Below are positions 1 to 11,160 of a DNA stretch of 64,000 nucleotides, piece after piece; the first letter of the stretch is position 1; each line of letters starts with the position of its first letter. The stretch spans positions 37,014,001-37,078,000 of the forward strand of contig OX597814.1 of assembly GCA_951406725.2 (NCBI GenBank), in the 5' to 3' direction. The stretch is from Octopus vulgaris (taxonomy: Eukaryota). Made by a program: the position numbers and the translations under genes. A model generated the notes under the pieces. The model was not told where the DNA came from and did not search any database. It saw only the letters and a program-made list of their open reading frames with translations.

Positions 1-279
1 AATTTAAAAATGTAACATATGCCTAAATGTGTAACACGAATAACATTAGGTTTGAGCTCAACAATTGTGGAAACTAAATGATTAATATCTCGCTGAACTC
101 AGAATTAAATGCTATAAGTTATATATACTAAATCTTAAACTTTCTTTCTAACCATTTTTGTCGTCACACCTGTATATTTTTCTCTTCGGTACCTCTGCAT
201 TACTACTTTCTGTTCTCTATTTTTATAGCAATAGCAGTGATTACACTGAATTGTTTCTGCGCCCGAAAAAATGATTTGA

Positions 280-420
280 CATAAATCTTCCGACTCGTTA
301 TGTCCGAAGTTCAAATCACGCCGCGGTCAACTTTGCATTTAATCATTCTGTGTTGATAAAATAATTTATTAGACTTGTACTAGACACGATAGTATTGATA
401 GTCGCTATATCAGCTTTGCG
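280..420 (+). mobile_element. Degenerate tRNA-derived SINE fragment
   Basis: gttcaaatc B-box-like motif followed by gtcaactttgcatttaatc...gttgataaa, a decayed version of the SINE body at 18429, 56912 and 63056. Confidence 0.5.
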
Positions 421-859
421 TTTCCCTTGGATAACATCGGAAGCTTGGAGAGGGGAGACTTGTATACGTGGACGCTTGCTGGTCTTCTACAAGCAACATT
501 GCCAAGGCTTGTGCTTTGGGGAAAAACTATCCAGGTGCAATCCCACGGTCATTCATGACCGAAGGGGGTCTTTACCTTTTATCCTACAATATCTGATATT
601 ATCCAAATATATATTACGATGTATAAATTGCAGTTATGTGCTCATAACTAATTTCATCCTGCAGATTTCGAATTTGTTCTCATCATAATATCCATTAACA
701 ATATAAATATTGCAACACGTTGCATTTCGGACTTTTCAGACTGCGGTGTTTACTGAAGACTTTTCTAACACTAAAACAGTTCAATTCTCATAATTTGGAA
801 GGTGAACACTAAAAATGCAAAACGTTTGTATCAACTATAATCTGAATGCCTTAAATATT

Positions 860-1545
860 CGTTAAGAATTTATAAATGGAAGAGACAATAATATCTGTTG
901 TTGCTATTGTTCTTGTTCCGCTTGTGCATGTTAATATAGTTAGGAATTTTATCTTGATGTTCGGTGACAAGACTCCTTTCAACAATCTTCCAAGGGATAG
1001 GATTCTTGCGGAATATAAGATGGTTCTTTCTTGCATGCCAACAATCTACTGTTTCTGTTTCAATCCTTTGCTGTCGTTTTGGTATCACTGCGGGCATTGT
1101 GCCTAGTGCACTAATTACTACAACTATAACCGTTGTCTTGGTCTTCCTGAGACTTTCCAGCTCTCAAGTCTTTCAATTCATTTAGTATTATTTCTTTTAT
1201 CATAGGAAATTGCAAAATCTATGACATTACACTGTTTGCTTGTTTTGTCTTCTACGATCATATCCGATCTTCTTGTTTCAATAGCAGGACCAGTCATTAT
1301 GGTGACATCCTACAAGATCTTGTGATTCTCATTTTCTATCGCATCCCCGGACTTATGTTTATACCACATTTTCTGTTGTTTTGAAGCCACGCACTCGGCT
1401 ATCATCCCAAATCACTAGTTTGCCTACACAGTTATGCCTGCGCTTATACAGCTTTTGTGGCAGTATACCGCACATACCCAAACTCTGTAATTTTGAATTA
1501 TACATAAACCCAGTAATGGAGCATCAGTATCTGAGTATCATTGTC
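860..1545 (-). pseudogene. Decayed R4/Dong-like (RLE-type) LINE, C-terminal fragment
   Basis: Minus strand resembles the WY.H.P..V.EN...KILWD...TD......PD region of RLE retrotransposons, with many stops; boundaries approximate. Confidence 0.5.
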
Positions 1546-3504
1546 TACCTGCCTTCTATTAGCGTGAATGTACGTACACTGGAGTGAAGCATTAATTGTA
1601 TATATACATATATATATATATATCGAATATTTATTAGAGAGTATTCATATAATAATGGAATTTCATTTCCAATAATGTAGTATATAATATGTAGTTGTCT
1701 CCTTACGTTTATATCAGTTAATCCGGACAAGATTCCCTTCCTACATTGGTCACTGTATATGGTTCTATTAACGTATACTTAGTATTTCCATCGCTTCATT
1801 TTAATTACATGAATAGTTCTTTTAGCGAACGCTGTGTAATTTGAAATAGCTGCTTTTGCTACATTGTAAAGTTTAGAAATATATAGACTAAGCGAAGTAG
1901 TAATCAACGTGACACACAACCTTCATCGGTTCTTCTATGACATAAAGTTTTATGGGTATCTGTATTCCACCAAAACAACTGAAGAATTTCATAAGAAAGT
2001 TTACAAATAATGTTGTTATTTTTATCTTTACGTTAACATAGATATACTTTTCACGCAATCGTTTATAACCTATTAAATGTACGATAAAACACCGAGAAAG
2101 AATAATAAGTATAAAAGTATAATTCATCTTAAAATTCTAAGTGGCTCTATTTCAGTTCAATATTGTAGCCAAAGTACAGCCTGCTTATTTTGCTGCAATG
2201 TCTAATGAAATATTGGTTTTCAGAAAATAAATCTTTGTTGCTTTGTTGTGCAGATGGCTTTAAACATTGTAATAACTCTAGGCTAGATTTGAACAAAATG
2301 TGATTTACATTAGATTTAGCTTCGTTGACATATTCTAAGTTTCAATTTTATTTTACTTTTTAAAATAAAAACAGTATCCATGGAGACGGTAGTTTATCTT
2401 ACAACACTATATATTTTAGATTGATATACCAAGATTTTAGTTAAGATGCAAAATTCACTTTACTCTGTTTGGATATTTTATACAACAACGCACTGAATTT
2501 AAATAATTTATTTCCAAACAAGTGGTTTCATTCATATTCATTTCTAGAGACACTTATTACCACCATTTGACATGCAGTGTACCAATTCTTTTTTATTTTA
2601 TTCATTGTGGTTGTCTTTAGTTAAAGCCGCACTAATATAGATATATTGCATACTTTTCTAAGCACTTATATATGTGTAATTTTGTGTGTTGTATATATAT
2701 ATATATATATATATATAACTTAGATAACTTAGATTGGTTTCGGCTATTATCGGCCTAGTCTATGACTAGCTTATTAGCAGCCCCTGGAAAATTATTTTAG
2801 TTAATTATTTCGGGACACCATAGACCACTCAAGCAGAGAACCTAGAATTTGTTCAGGTACCGTTTGAAAGTTGTGAAGTCTTTTTCTACTTTAATTTCTT
2901 TCGGGATAACAATAAAAAATGCAGGACAATTTGCAATGAAGAACTTGTGTCACAATATTCTTATGTGATGTGATCTCGACCTTTGTAGGAGACGCATTGC
3001 ACGGGGGCCTAGTCTTGGGTGAATTGTAAACATAATACCGATATCATTTGGATAATATTGGTGGAATTTTTTCCACATGGTGCAAATAATATGTAGCACA
3101 AGGCGGTGTTGCAGAGAACAGAGCTTCAGCTGTATAAAACGAGTCCAATAATCAAGCCCCATCGTGTCATTTTTAGTGATTGACTATTGTAGCGCTTAGA
3201 TCTTCATTACGTCTTGTTTATTTTAGGGGTCCACAATGGGCAGCAGTACTCGAGGTGGAGCCTAGCGAATGTGAAGAAAATGAAGATAGTTTCATGATCC
3301 CTGGATTAATAATCACATTCTACGAGCAACATCGACTTTTTTGTTGATGTGCACATGCTAGCGAAGGTTGGTGACTTCCGTTACACCTACGTCTCTAATA
3401 TTATAAGATGGTTAGAGTGGGTCTCTCGACGGTAGTGTATATGGTTGTTTGAGTGTGCCCTTTCTTCCAAAGTGGACGAGCTGAAATTCTTCTTCGTTCA
3501 ACTG

Positions 3505-3718
3505 TATATTTCAAAATGTGACCTCGTGTGTACCGTTGGCGATTTTTTTACTCTGTCTTCCCTCCTCTGGATCTTTCTTTCTCGTATGTTTCCGACGAAG
3601 AGCTCCACCCGAAACGTTAAACCCTCCTTCTATCCTTCTTTCCTGAGCGTCCAATAATACTATATTTGTTCCACGTCCTCGCGTTGTTGTGTTTTTTTGT
3701 GCTTTCTTGTTTGGATTA

Positions 3719-3722
<4 letters not shown>
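3505..3722 (+). mobile_element. Short non-autonomous module abutting (TA)n with a hammerhead-like motif (probable PLE pLTR derivative)
   Basis: Homologous to the reverse complement of 42275-42485; both copies abut (TA)n. Confidence 0.65.
3588..3622 (+). ncRNA. Minimal hammerhead ribozyme variant with decayed stem II
   Basis: gttt-CCGACGA-a-gagctccaccc-GAAAC-gtTA-aac; palindromic AACGTT at stem III. Confidence 0.5.
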
Positions 3723-3785
<63 letters not shown>

Positions 3786-3881
3786 AGGCTGAAAAAGTGG
3801 ATATTAAGTTGATTAACACCAATTTAAAACCAGTGGTCTAGCATATCCAAATCTGAAGGTTCAGTAAATTGAATTACATAC

Positions 3882-4045
3882 ATATGAGAGGGATGACCAC
3901 TATGTGGACAATCATTATGCTAGACGTTGATCCGCTATGATCTTACCACTAAGACATGTTCTCAAGACAATTTCTTAGTGAGAAGAACATAGCGGATCTA
4001 CTTCTAGCATAAGGGTTATCCACATAGTGGTCATCCCTCTCATAT
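3882..4045. repeat. ~164-bp imperfect fold-back (MITE-like hairpin)
   Basis: atatgagagggatgaccactatgtgga...tccacatagtggtcatccctctcatat, with further nested complementary blocks (tatgctaga/tctagcata, gatccgctatg/catagcggatc, cactaaga/tcttagtg). Confidence 0.85.
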
Positions 4046-4088
4046 ATTTATATATATACTGAGAGAAGGAGAGAGAGGAAGAGAGAGA

Positions 4089-4139
<51 letters not shown>

Positions 4140-4320
4140 GAGTGTTGTTTTCAATGTGTGTAAATGGTGCGTTTGGTGTTATAAATATTCATATGTTTAA
4201 GCATGCTGCTTACTTTTCAAAGAAGTCTTAATCATAGATTCATTCCAAATGCGATTTCAATTCTCATATGTAATGCGTCTCTGAATCTCTTTATAAATAA
4301 ACAATATGAAATTTGCAGGG

Positions 4321-4360
<40 letters not shown>

Positions 4361-4565
4361 ACGTAGGTTGGATATAGCGCGAAGAAACTAGCGTTCTATA
4401 TATACATGCATAACTACTGCCTCACTATTACCTGAAAGAAGGGTAGTGGATCACGTGTATGGGTTTAACGAGGAAGTTTTCTAAGCATTTTGCCAATTAA
4501 ATATCTTACTCAATCCTTAGAAATCTGTACTTTCAACACGCAGGCTATTTTTATCAATGATGTCT

Positions 4566-4625
<60 letters not shown>

Positions 4626-4677
4626 CCCCAGACACACACACATATATATATATATATGCCACCCCAGACACGCCAAG

Positions 4678-5505
4678 ATGAATATCCCCTTCAATGTAGC
4701 AAAAAGGATAGGCACTATAGTCTCTAACGCAAACACCAGAGACACACGACTACAAGAACTAAAAGATACCCTTATCACCAGGAACTATCCACCTTCACTT
4801 ATTGACAAGTGCATTCTACGTGCCCTTCAACTTAACATCAAGGAACTGAGACATCCCAAATCAAAGAAAAACTTACAACCAAAAGCCTTACCATACATCT
4901 CCACACACAACCCTCTCAATAACGAAGCCTTCGACACCATCCTCCACAACATACCCCTCCTAAAAAAAGACCACAGAATGAACACAATCCTCCAAATACA
5001 CACGATCATAAAAAGCAAAAGACAGCCTAGATCCATGAAAAGTCTCCTAACACAAGCCCGAATTCTCTCTTCAACACAGAAGCCGACAGTAAAAAAATGT
5101 GGAAGACCCAATTGCGGGATATGCGACTATCTAATTGAGGGATCAGAGTTCTCCTTCAAACAGGGACAACGGTTTACAGTGAAAAGCAACTTCACATGTA
5201 CTTCGGAGAACCTAATATACTCACTAACCTGCTCCGGGTGTCAAGAGCAGTACATAGGCCAAACAAAAAATGGTTTGCGTAAACGAATGGCCCTGCACAG
5301 ATCCCAGATAAAAATTCCCCAAAACAGAAAAATAGCTTTTAGCCAACACATAGATATTTGCGCCAACAAAAAAACACCAAACTTCAGGATTTTCCCCCTC
5401 TACCAATTTAGGGACGATACAACCTCGAGACAACGAATAAGTAAAGAAAATCTCTTTATTACAAAATACAAGCCACTTCTTAACGGGTCTACGACAAACA
5501 ATTAA
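4678..5505 (+). CDS. PLE protein C-terminal part: RT thumb, Cys linker, GIY-YIG endonuclease (truncated)
   Basis: CHPRHAK-MNIP, RNYP, CGRPNCGIC, NLIYSLTCSGCQEQYIGQT, R..LHR, H, E....KY.P.LN; collinear with the end of ORF 50495-52684. Confidence 0.9.
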   Translation: MNIPFNVAKRIGTIVSNANTRDTRLQELKDTLITRNYPPSLIDKCILRALQLNIKELRHPKSKKNLQPKALPYISTHNPLNNEAFDTILHNIPLLKKDHRMNTILQIHTIIKSKRQPRSMKSLLTQARILSSTQKPTVKKCGRPNCGICDYLIEGSEFSFKQGQRFTVKSNFTCTSENLIYSLTCSGCQEQYIGQTKNGLRKRMALHRSQIKIPQNRKIAFSQHIDICANKKTPNFRIFPLYQFRDDTTSRQRISKENLFITKYKPLLNGSTTNN

Positions 5506-6129
5506 TATACCTCAACTTTAGAATAAAAGAAATATATACACACACAAATATTACACTCCATAGAATCCATTACTAATCAGCCCCATCACAGCTATACTTT
5601 CACCCATTCATATTCTCCCTTCTCTGTTTTTTTCTTCTTCTTCTTCCTCTTCTTCTTCATCATCATCATTATCATCATCGTCGTCGTCATCATCATCACC
5701 ACCATCATCACCACCATCTTCTCCTTCTCCTTCTTCTTCTTCTTCTTCTTCATCATCATCAACATTGTCATCTTCTTCTTCTTCTACTTCTCCACCTTCC
5801 ACCCCTTAACCTTTTCACTAATGTATTTCAGTATAACGCCTACGCAAATTCCATAAACAATTCCTGAATTGAACTGCGACTACTGTCAGCCACTGACCAT
5901 TCAAAATACGACCATTAAGGCATTCCCAGATTTCCCCACCCCCTCTCCACATTAGCCTCCTTATTCTTCACCTATCCTACCGAGAACTCAAAACGACCTC
6001 GAACACACAAGTGCAAACAAGGGAGTCAGAGAAAGGCAGAATGCTACTTATATCTGAACACTACTACAGAAATATTCTTTTAAAAAAACTTTTCTTCTAA
6101 TTTTTCTAAATTTAATTATTTAATCGTTA

Positions 6130-6167
6130 CAGTTGAAAAGGTCTCAAAATGACCGAAACCGGTACTG
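6130..6167 (+). ncRNA. Minimal type I hammerhead ribozyme, U3-A8 core variant
   Basis: cag-TTGAAAA-ggtc(tcaaaat)gacc-GAAAC-cg-GTA-ctg; palindromic ACCGGT stem III typical of PLE minimal hammerheads. Confidence 0.75.
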
Positions 6168-6419
6168 AAAGATTCACTATAAAATTATCTTAGCATTTTC
6201 TATTTTTGACTTGTTTTTTCATATATATCAACTTCTGTGTTCCTTTCCACCCTTATACATATATATATATATATATATATATCTCTATATATATATATAT
6301 ATATATATACTAATGCATCTGCTATACTAATAAATCTGTTTGTTTTGTACACCACCTGTTTTTCGTAAACTCTCCCTATGTATGTATATATATATATATA
6401 TATAACCCTGACTCTCCTT

Positions 6420-7810
6420 ATAGCTATGTGTGCGTGTTCCGCTATACGATTCAGCCCTGAGGCTTCTGCTACACTGGAGCACCCTCTGTGTAATGACCTT
6501 TGCAATGGTCAATCTTATGTCATTGGCTTTTGGTGAAGTTGTGAGTTCGACACTGCTGCCCTCGTTTGATAGAGTTCTCTATTTAAGAGATGAGGAATTA
6601 TGTATATTATTAACATTATTTACATTTTACAGATATTTGGTCTCCAATAGCGCTTATGGCTTTCTGGAGTTTGGAATCATGTGCAATGTGGAATGTTTGA
6701 TGACGTTTGCTATGTCATTGATGTAGACAATGAAGAGGAGTGGGCCCAACACAGTACTCTGTAGGACAACATTACTGACTTTAGCTGAGCTGGATCGTAT
6801 TCCCTCAAGCGCAACATGTTGGGTTCTGATCATCAGGAAACACTATATCCACTGCAGCAGCTTTCTACGGACTCCAATATTGGACAGTTTCTTCACAAGT
6901 ATTTTGTAGTCTACTCTGTCAAATGCGTTGCTGAAATCAAGGTGTATGATATCAGTGATGGAGCTTTCTCCCAAAGCCTTTAAGATGTCATCAAAAGGGT
7001 GCAGAAGCTGTGACAGGCAGTACCTGCCATCACAGAAACCATGCTGGTTGGGGTTCAGCAGATTGTTGACTTCGAGGAAGTGAGTTATTCGCGATCTCAC
7101 CACCCTCTCAAATACTTTAATGATGTGAAAAGTGAGTAAAATCGGACGGTAGTTCACTGTAAGAGATCTGTTTCCCTTTTGAAGTTCCTCCAGAACTCAG
7201 CTAGAGTGGGTGCAATTTGATGTCTACACATCCTCAGGACAGTGGCCGGGAACTTATCGGAATCTACTGCCGAGATATACTTCATCTTATTTATTTCTGT
7301 TAGGATATAAGGAGCACAAAAAGTTATGTCAGTTATGCTTAGTTCAGGGTTTACATCACTGATACTAGCAAGATCAAATGCATTAGCGTAACTGTAAACA
7401 GAGCAGTATTGTCTTTGCAGTATCTCGCATAAGGATTTTGCATCATCATGTAGAGTGTTGTTCTCATGAACCAGAACCAGGGGACCAACAGTGGAAAGAG
7501 GGTCTTTATGTTGCTGTTGTTTTTTTTGAAAATGTAAAGAACACTTTGGGATTGAATTTTATTTCCTCAATGGCCCAGTTTTCCTCAGCTGCTCTTTGTT
7601 TGTTAACGATGGTCACCATGCTTTTGTGGAGGTTATATTTTTTCGATTTGTGTAATGCGATGGCAGTCGAATGGATGTGTGGCTGTTGGCAGTATTTAAG
7701 TTGGTTGATTTTCTTGCTAATTCTTTTTATTTTTCTGATAATTGCTCTTCTATTTCTAGGGATTCTGCACATAGTTTTGTATACTGATCTTAACCGAGTA
7801 TGTTTTGCGC
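6420..7810 (-). pseudogene. Decayed CR1/Jockey-group LINE RT fragment
   Basis: NYRPILLT..IIKVFER..LLNPNQHGF..LDFSNAFDRVD (6843-7157); IK.NPKVFF upstream; VL.S.VLGPLLFIVYINDI downstream. Confidence 0.8.
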
Positions 7811-8143
7811 ATATATTTGTTCTACCAAATTATATGCACATTTAGGCATATGTATATAATGTACAAAGAACTTACATGCATTTCTAAATGTTTTCAAGTG
7901 ACAACAGGCTTATTTTACACAAAATGTCAATGTTCTGCTCAAATATCAACAATGCCTACATCTTTTATTTTATTTCTCTTGTTCGCAGTCTTGTTTGTCA
8001 TCGGAGATCTGAAAGACAAAATCTTTTTATTCGATTTGAAGAGAGTTATACACCGATAATTAAATATGCTTAAATACCCTTGTGTATATCATAATCAATA
8101 CATCAATAAATTATATATATATATATATATGTGTGTGTATCCA

Positions 8144-8196
<53 letters not shown>

Positions 8197-8204
8197 CTAT
8201 CTAT
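8144..8204 (+). repeat. (TATC)n microsatellite
   Basis: Direct reading; left flank of the truncated Tx1 copy. Confidence 0.95.
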
Positions 8205-8941
8205 CTTCCGACCTGTGGGCTTATGTCGAACAACTGCTGTCACGTGTGGGACGAGTCGGTTTATCAGCTGAGTCTATCGTCAATATTGTCACGCCTCCTT
8301 CCTTCAAACGGGAAGGAAGAGCTATTTTCATCATCCTTGTGGCTATGGCGAAAGAATGTATCTGGTGGACGCGTCTGAAAGGATTGGAGACAAACACTTT
8401 CCTCTCTGGTCAATCTCTCATCAACTTCTTCAAGTACCACTTGAAAAGGAAAGTGAGAGTAGAGAGGCAAGTTTTGTCTAGCGAATGTTTTAAAAAAAGA
8501 TGGGTGAATGTAGCAAGAATGGCACGTATGAATGACGAAGCCACCTTGAGCATAGTCCTATGAACCCAGAAATCGAAAACAGAGAGTTGCTTATTTGCAA
8601 AAAAAAAAAAAAAAAAAAAAAAAATGTGACTTCATTGACCGAGGTTACCGTGGTCTTTTCCGTAGGCTTTTCTTTCCACGGGTAAACCTCACCTGTCCTC
8701 CCCTTTACACTTCATATTGACATTTCTGTGATAACGATCCCTATTGATCAATTTTTTTTTTCCTCTCCCCCTTTTTTTTTAACCCCCCTTTTTTTTGTCC
8801 TCTTTCTCTCCTTTTACGATCCCTTTTGATCGAAACTCCCCCTTCCTCCTTTTTTTTTTTTTTTTTAAACCTTCAAAAGAAAAGCTCTACCTTGTAATTT
8901 GTTCTATCTGTGTGCAGCCCTGTGTGGCTAATAAAGAAAAA
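8205..8941 (+). mobile_element. 5'-truncated Tx1-clade LINE copy (sister subfamily of 9022-14930)
   Basis: SDLWAYVEQLLSRVG...LSAESIVNIV.PPSFKREG...KYHLKR aligns with the C-terminus of ORF 11161-14610; ends agccctgtgtggctaataaagaaaa before (CTAT)n. Confidence 0.93.

Positions 8942-9021
<80 letters not shown>
8942..9021 (+). repeat. (TATC)n microsatellite between the two Tx1 copies
   Basis: Direct reading. Confidence 0.95.
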
Positions 9022-9225
9022 TTATTGACGGATGTGATGTAGCTTCAGCTCCGAAGGTAATCATTTATTTTGACTATTTATAGGCCAATTTTTGTGTAGA
9101 TTTTTGCAAATAAGGTGTGTAAGGCAACCAACTTTCATTTGAGTGCTTTTCCAAGGGAGGAATTCGCCCCTAGGGGCAGTTTCGACCCCATTTCATTTCT
9201 GTTATTTTCTTCTCGACATTAGAAA

Positions 9226-11103
9226 ATGTCTAGAAATTTTATTGTTGAACGCTGGTCGCGTTCTTTTTTGGAACATTTTCCTAGTCTGGAAACGACAGAG
9301 AAAAAAAAGAACGTTCGCACGGAAAATGCCAACGTGAAATTCGGTGAAAGGAACGCTGCAACCACGTGCGTTAACAGCCCTGTCACCACCGCCACCACCA
9401 CCACTAACAACAGCTACCACGAGACAACAACTGCTACCACCACCACCTCCACCACCACCACTACCACGACCAACATAAATGATAAAAATAAAACTGAAAC
9501 GAAAACTATTGACAAAAACAACAGCAACAACAAGAACAATAATAAAAATGAACTATCTAATAGTGAAGATGCCAATACAAAAAAGTCAACAACAGTAAAT
9601 TTCGCAGATATTCTTCGCCAGAAAAAGGAGATTGTTACATTCACAAATGAAGAGCTCATAGAAACAAGAGCTCTCTTTACAACCCGTGGACAAGATTTAG
9701 TCCTGCATACACCTCAACATATAAAACAAGAAATTGAAAATAAGACTATTGTATATAAAATTATTAGAAAAAACAAAAAAACAAATGAACAGATTACAAA
9801 AACTGATGTGGAGAAATGTTTAAAAAACATAATGAAAGAAAAAGAGTATATAAACTGGGGTCCCCAGTTTAACACAGTAGTGGTACGCTTCCCTAACCAG
9901 GAAGTGGCAAAAGCTCACTCTACTGAGTCTCTGGGAAATGATGAAATCATCATGGTCCCTTATTATAAAAACCAGAGGGTGAGTAGAATTACTATCAGAA
10001 ATGTACCCCCCGATATGCCGAACAAATGGATAACAGGGGCAATCTGTTACCACTTGAAAAAGATCAATATTCTAGAAACAGCCGTGTACCTAAACGACAA
10101 TTGGGGTGGAAAAACAGTAGTTGTGACCATCCAGATTGAGGGGGCCTCTATCGAGATCCTACCCGACAAGATATACTTGGAGAATGGGCAATGCCTATAT
10201 GTTATGGCAGAAGGCAAAAAGCCTAGATGCTACAAATGTGGCAGCCCCGAACATTTGATTGCCAAGTGCGATCTGGTACAGAAAAAACAAGAAAGAACAA
10301 TTCAGAAAACAAATAAAATCCCTTTGTTGCCAACACCAACACCAACACACTCAATTATGGAACAACGCCAAGAAAAACAACAAACCAGCAAACAAACCCC
10401 AACAACATCACCAAGAAAAACAGTACCAACACAATCACCGTTGACGTCACAACCAATTAAACTTGTTGAATCTTCAAAAAATCGACCCACACCCACACCC
10501 AGGACGACAATTAAAAAGACAGAAAACACTGACGAGAAGACAAATGCTACCCCTAACACCACAACAACACAAACACCGCACAAAACATCAACAATTTATA
10601 CAAGCATACATAGTGATCCTGTTCTTTTTCCTCTACCCCATACTGATACCTCGGACGACGAAAGTTCGACGGAATGGCAAATAGCCACAGGGGGTAAAAG
10701 AAAAAGATCCAAAAAATCCACCAAACAAGGAATTAAAGCAGGGAGATATCTCACTCAGGACAACATTCCCCTAGACAATCAAAAAAGTAATGAACCCGTA
10801 AAACCACACACACAACTAACTGCAATAGACACAGACAATAAAGAATTAATGGACTACATCAAATCTAACATGGTCGTCTGTGAAGATGATTTTAAGACAA
10901 ACAATCATCCGCACACCACACCACCGAAACACATCAGAATTTTACACATAACACAAGCACAACACCACATACTGAAAACATTATTTCCGAATGCGGTAGG
11001 CGGGTATCAACGATACCTGTCGAAAAAACTATACAAACACCTCATCAAAAACGATACAAAAGAAGAAGAAGAAAAAAATGAAACTTTTAAAATGAGTAAG
11101 TGA
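9226..11103 (+). CDS. Tx1-like ORF1 nucleic-acid-binding protein with CCHC zinc knuckle
   Basis: 625 aa uninterrupted; RITIRNVPP RRM-like segment, CYKCGSPEHLIAKC knuckle, T/N/P-rich disordered flanks, basic KRKRSKK motif. Confidence 0.88.
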   Translation: MSRNFIVERWSRSFLEHFPSLETTEKKKNVRTENANVKFGERNAATTCVNSPVTTATTTTNNSYHETTTATTTTSTTTTTTTNINDKNKTETKTIDKNNSNNKNNNKNELSNSEDANTKKSTTVNFADILRQKKEIVTFTNEELIETRALFTTRGQDLVLHTPQHIKQEIENKTIVYKIIRKNKKTNEQITKTDVEKCLKNIMKEKEYINWGPQFNTVVVRFPNQEVAKAHSTESLGNDEIIMVPYYKNQRVSRITIRNVPPDMPNKWITGAICYHLKKINILETAVYLNDNWGGKTVVVTIQIEGASIEILPDKIYLENGQCLYVMAEGKKPRCYKCGSPEHLIAKCDLVQKKQERTIQKTNKIPLLPTPTPTHSIMEQRQEKQQTSKQTPTTSPRKTVPTQSPLTSQPIKLVESSKNRPTPTPRTTIKKTENTDEKTNATPNTTTTQTPHKTSTIYTSIHSDPVLFPLPHTDTSDDESSTEWQIATGGKRKRSKKSTKQGIKAGRYLTQDNIPLDNQKSNEPVKPHTQLTAIDTDNKELMDYIKSNMVVCEDDFKTNNHPHTTPPKHIRILHITQAQHHILKTLFPNAVGGYQRYLSKKLYKHLIKNDTKEEEEKNETFKMSK

Positions 11104-11160
11104 CCTCACTTCTTGCCTCTTGTCTCTTCTAATATAGTGTGTAAAACACAATTTTCGTAA

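Larger units (their letters stand above)
4620..6260 (+). mobile_element. 5'-truncated Penelope-like element between (TA)n tracts
   Basis: Encodes the RT thumb and GIY-YIG; 3' region has (TCT/TCA)n repeats and a hammerhead motif; (TA)n on both sides. Confidence 0.85.

Noticed and set aside
2728-2785. Possible minus-strand hammerhead (CTAATAA...GAAAC...TC) with gctagtc/gactag stem
   Set aside because: The core has two non-compensatory changes and stems I and III do not pair; at best a dead remnant.
5608-5802. Poly-Asp/Glu ORF
   Set aside because: Antisense reading of (TCT/TCA)n in the PLE 3' region.
9022-9225. 5' self-cleaving ribozyme in the Tx1 5'UTR (gcccctaggggc palindrome)
   Set aside because: Only a short palindrome; no HDV-like or hammerhead topology could be built.
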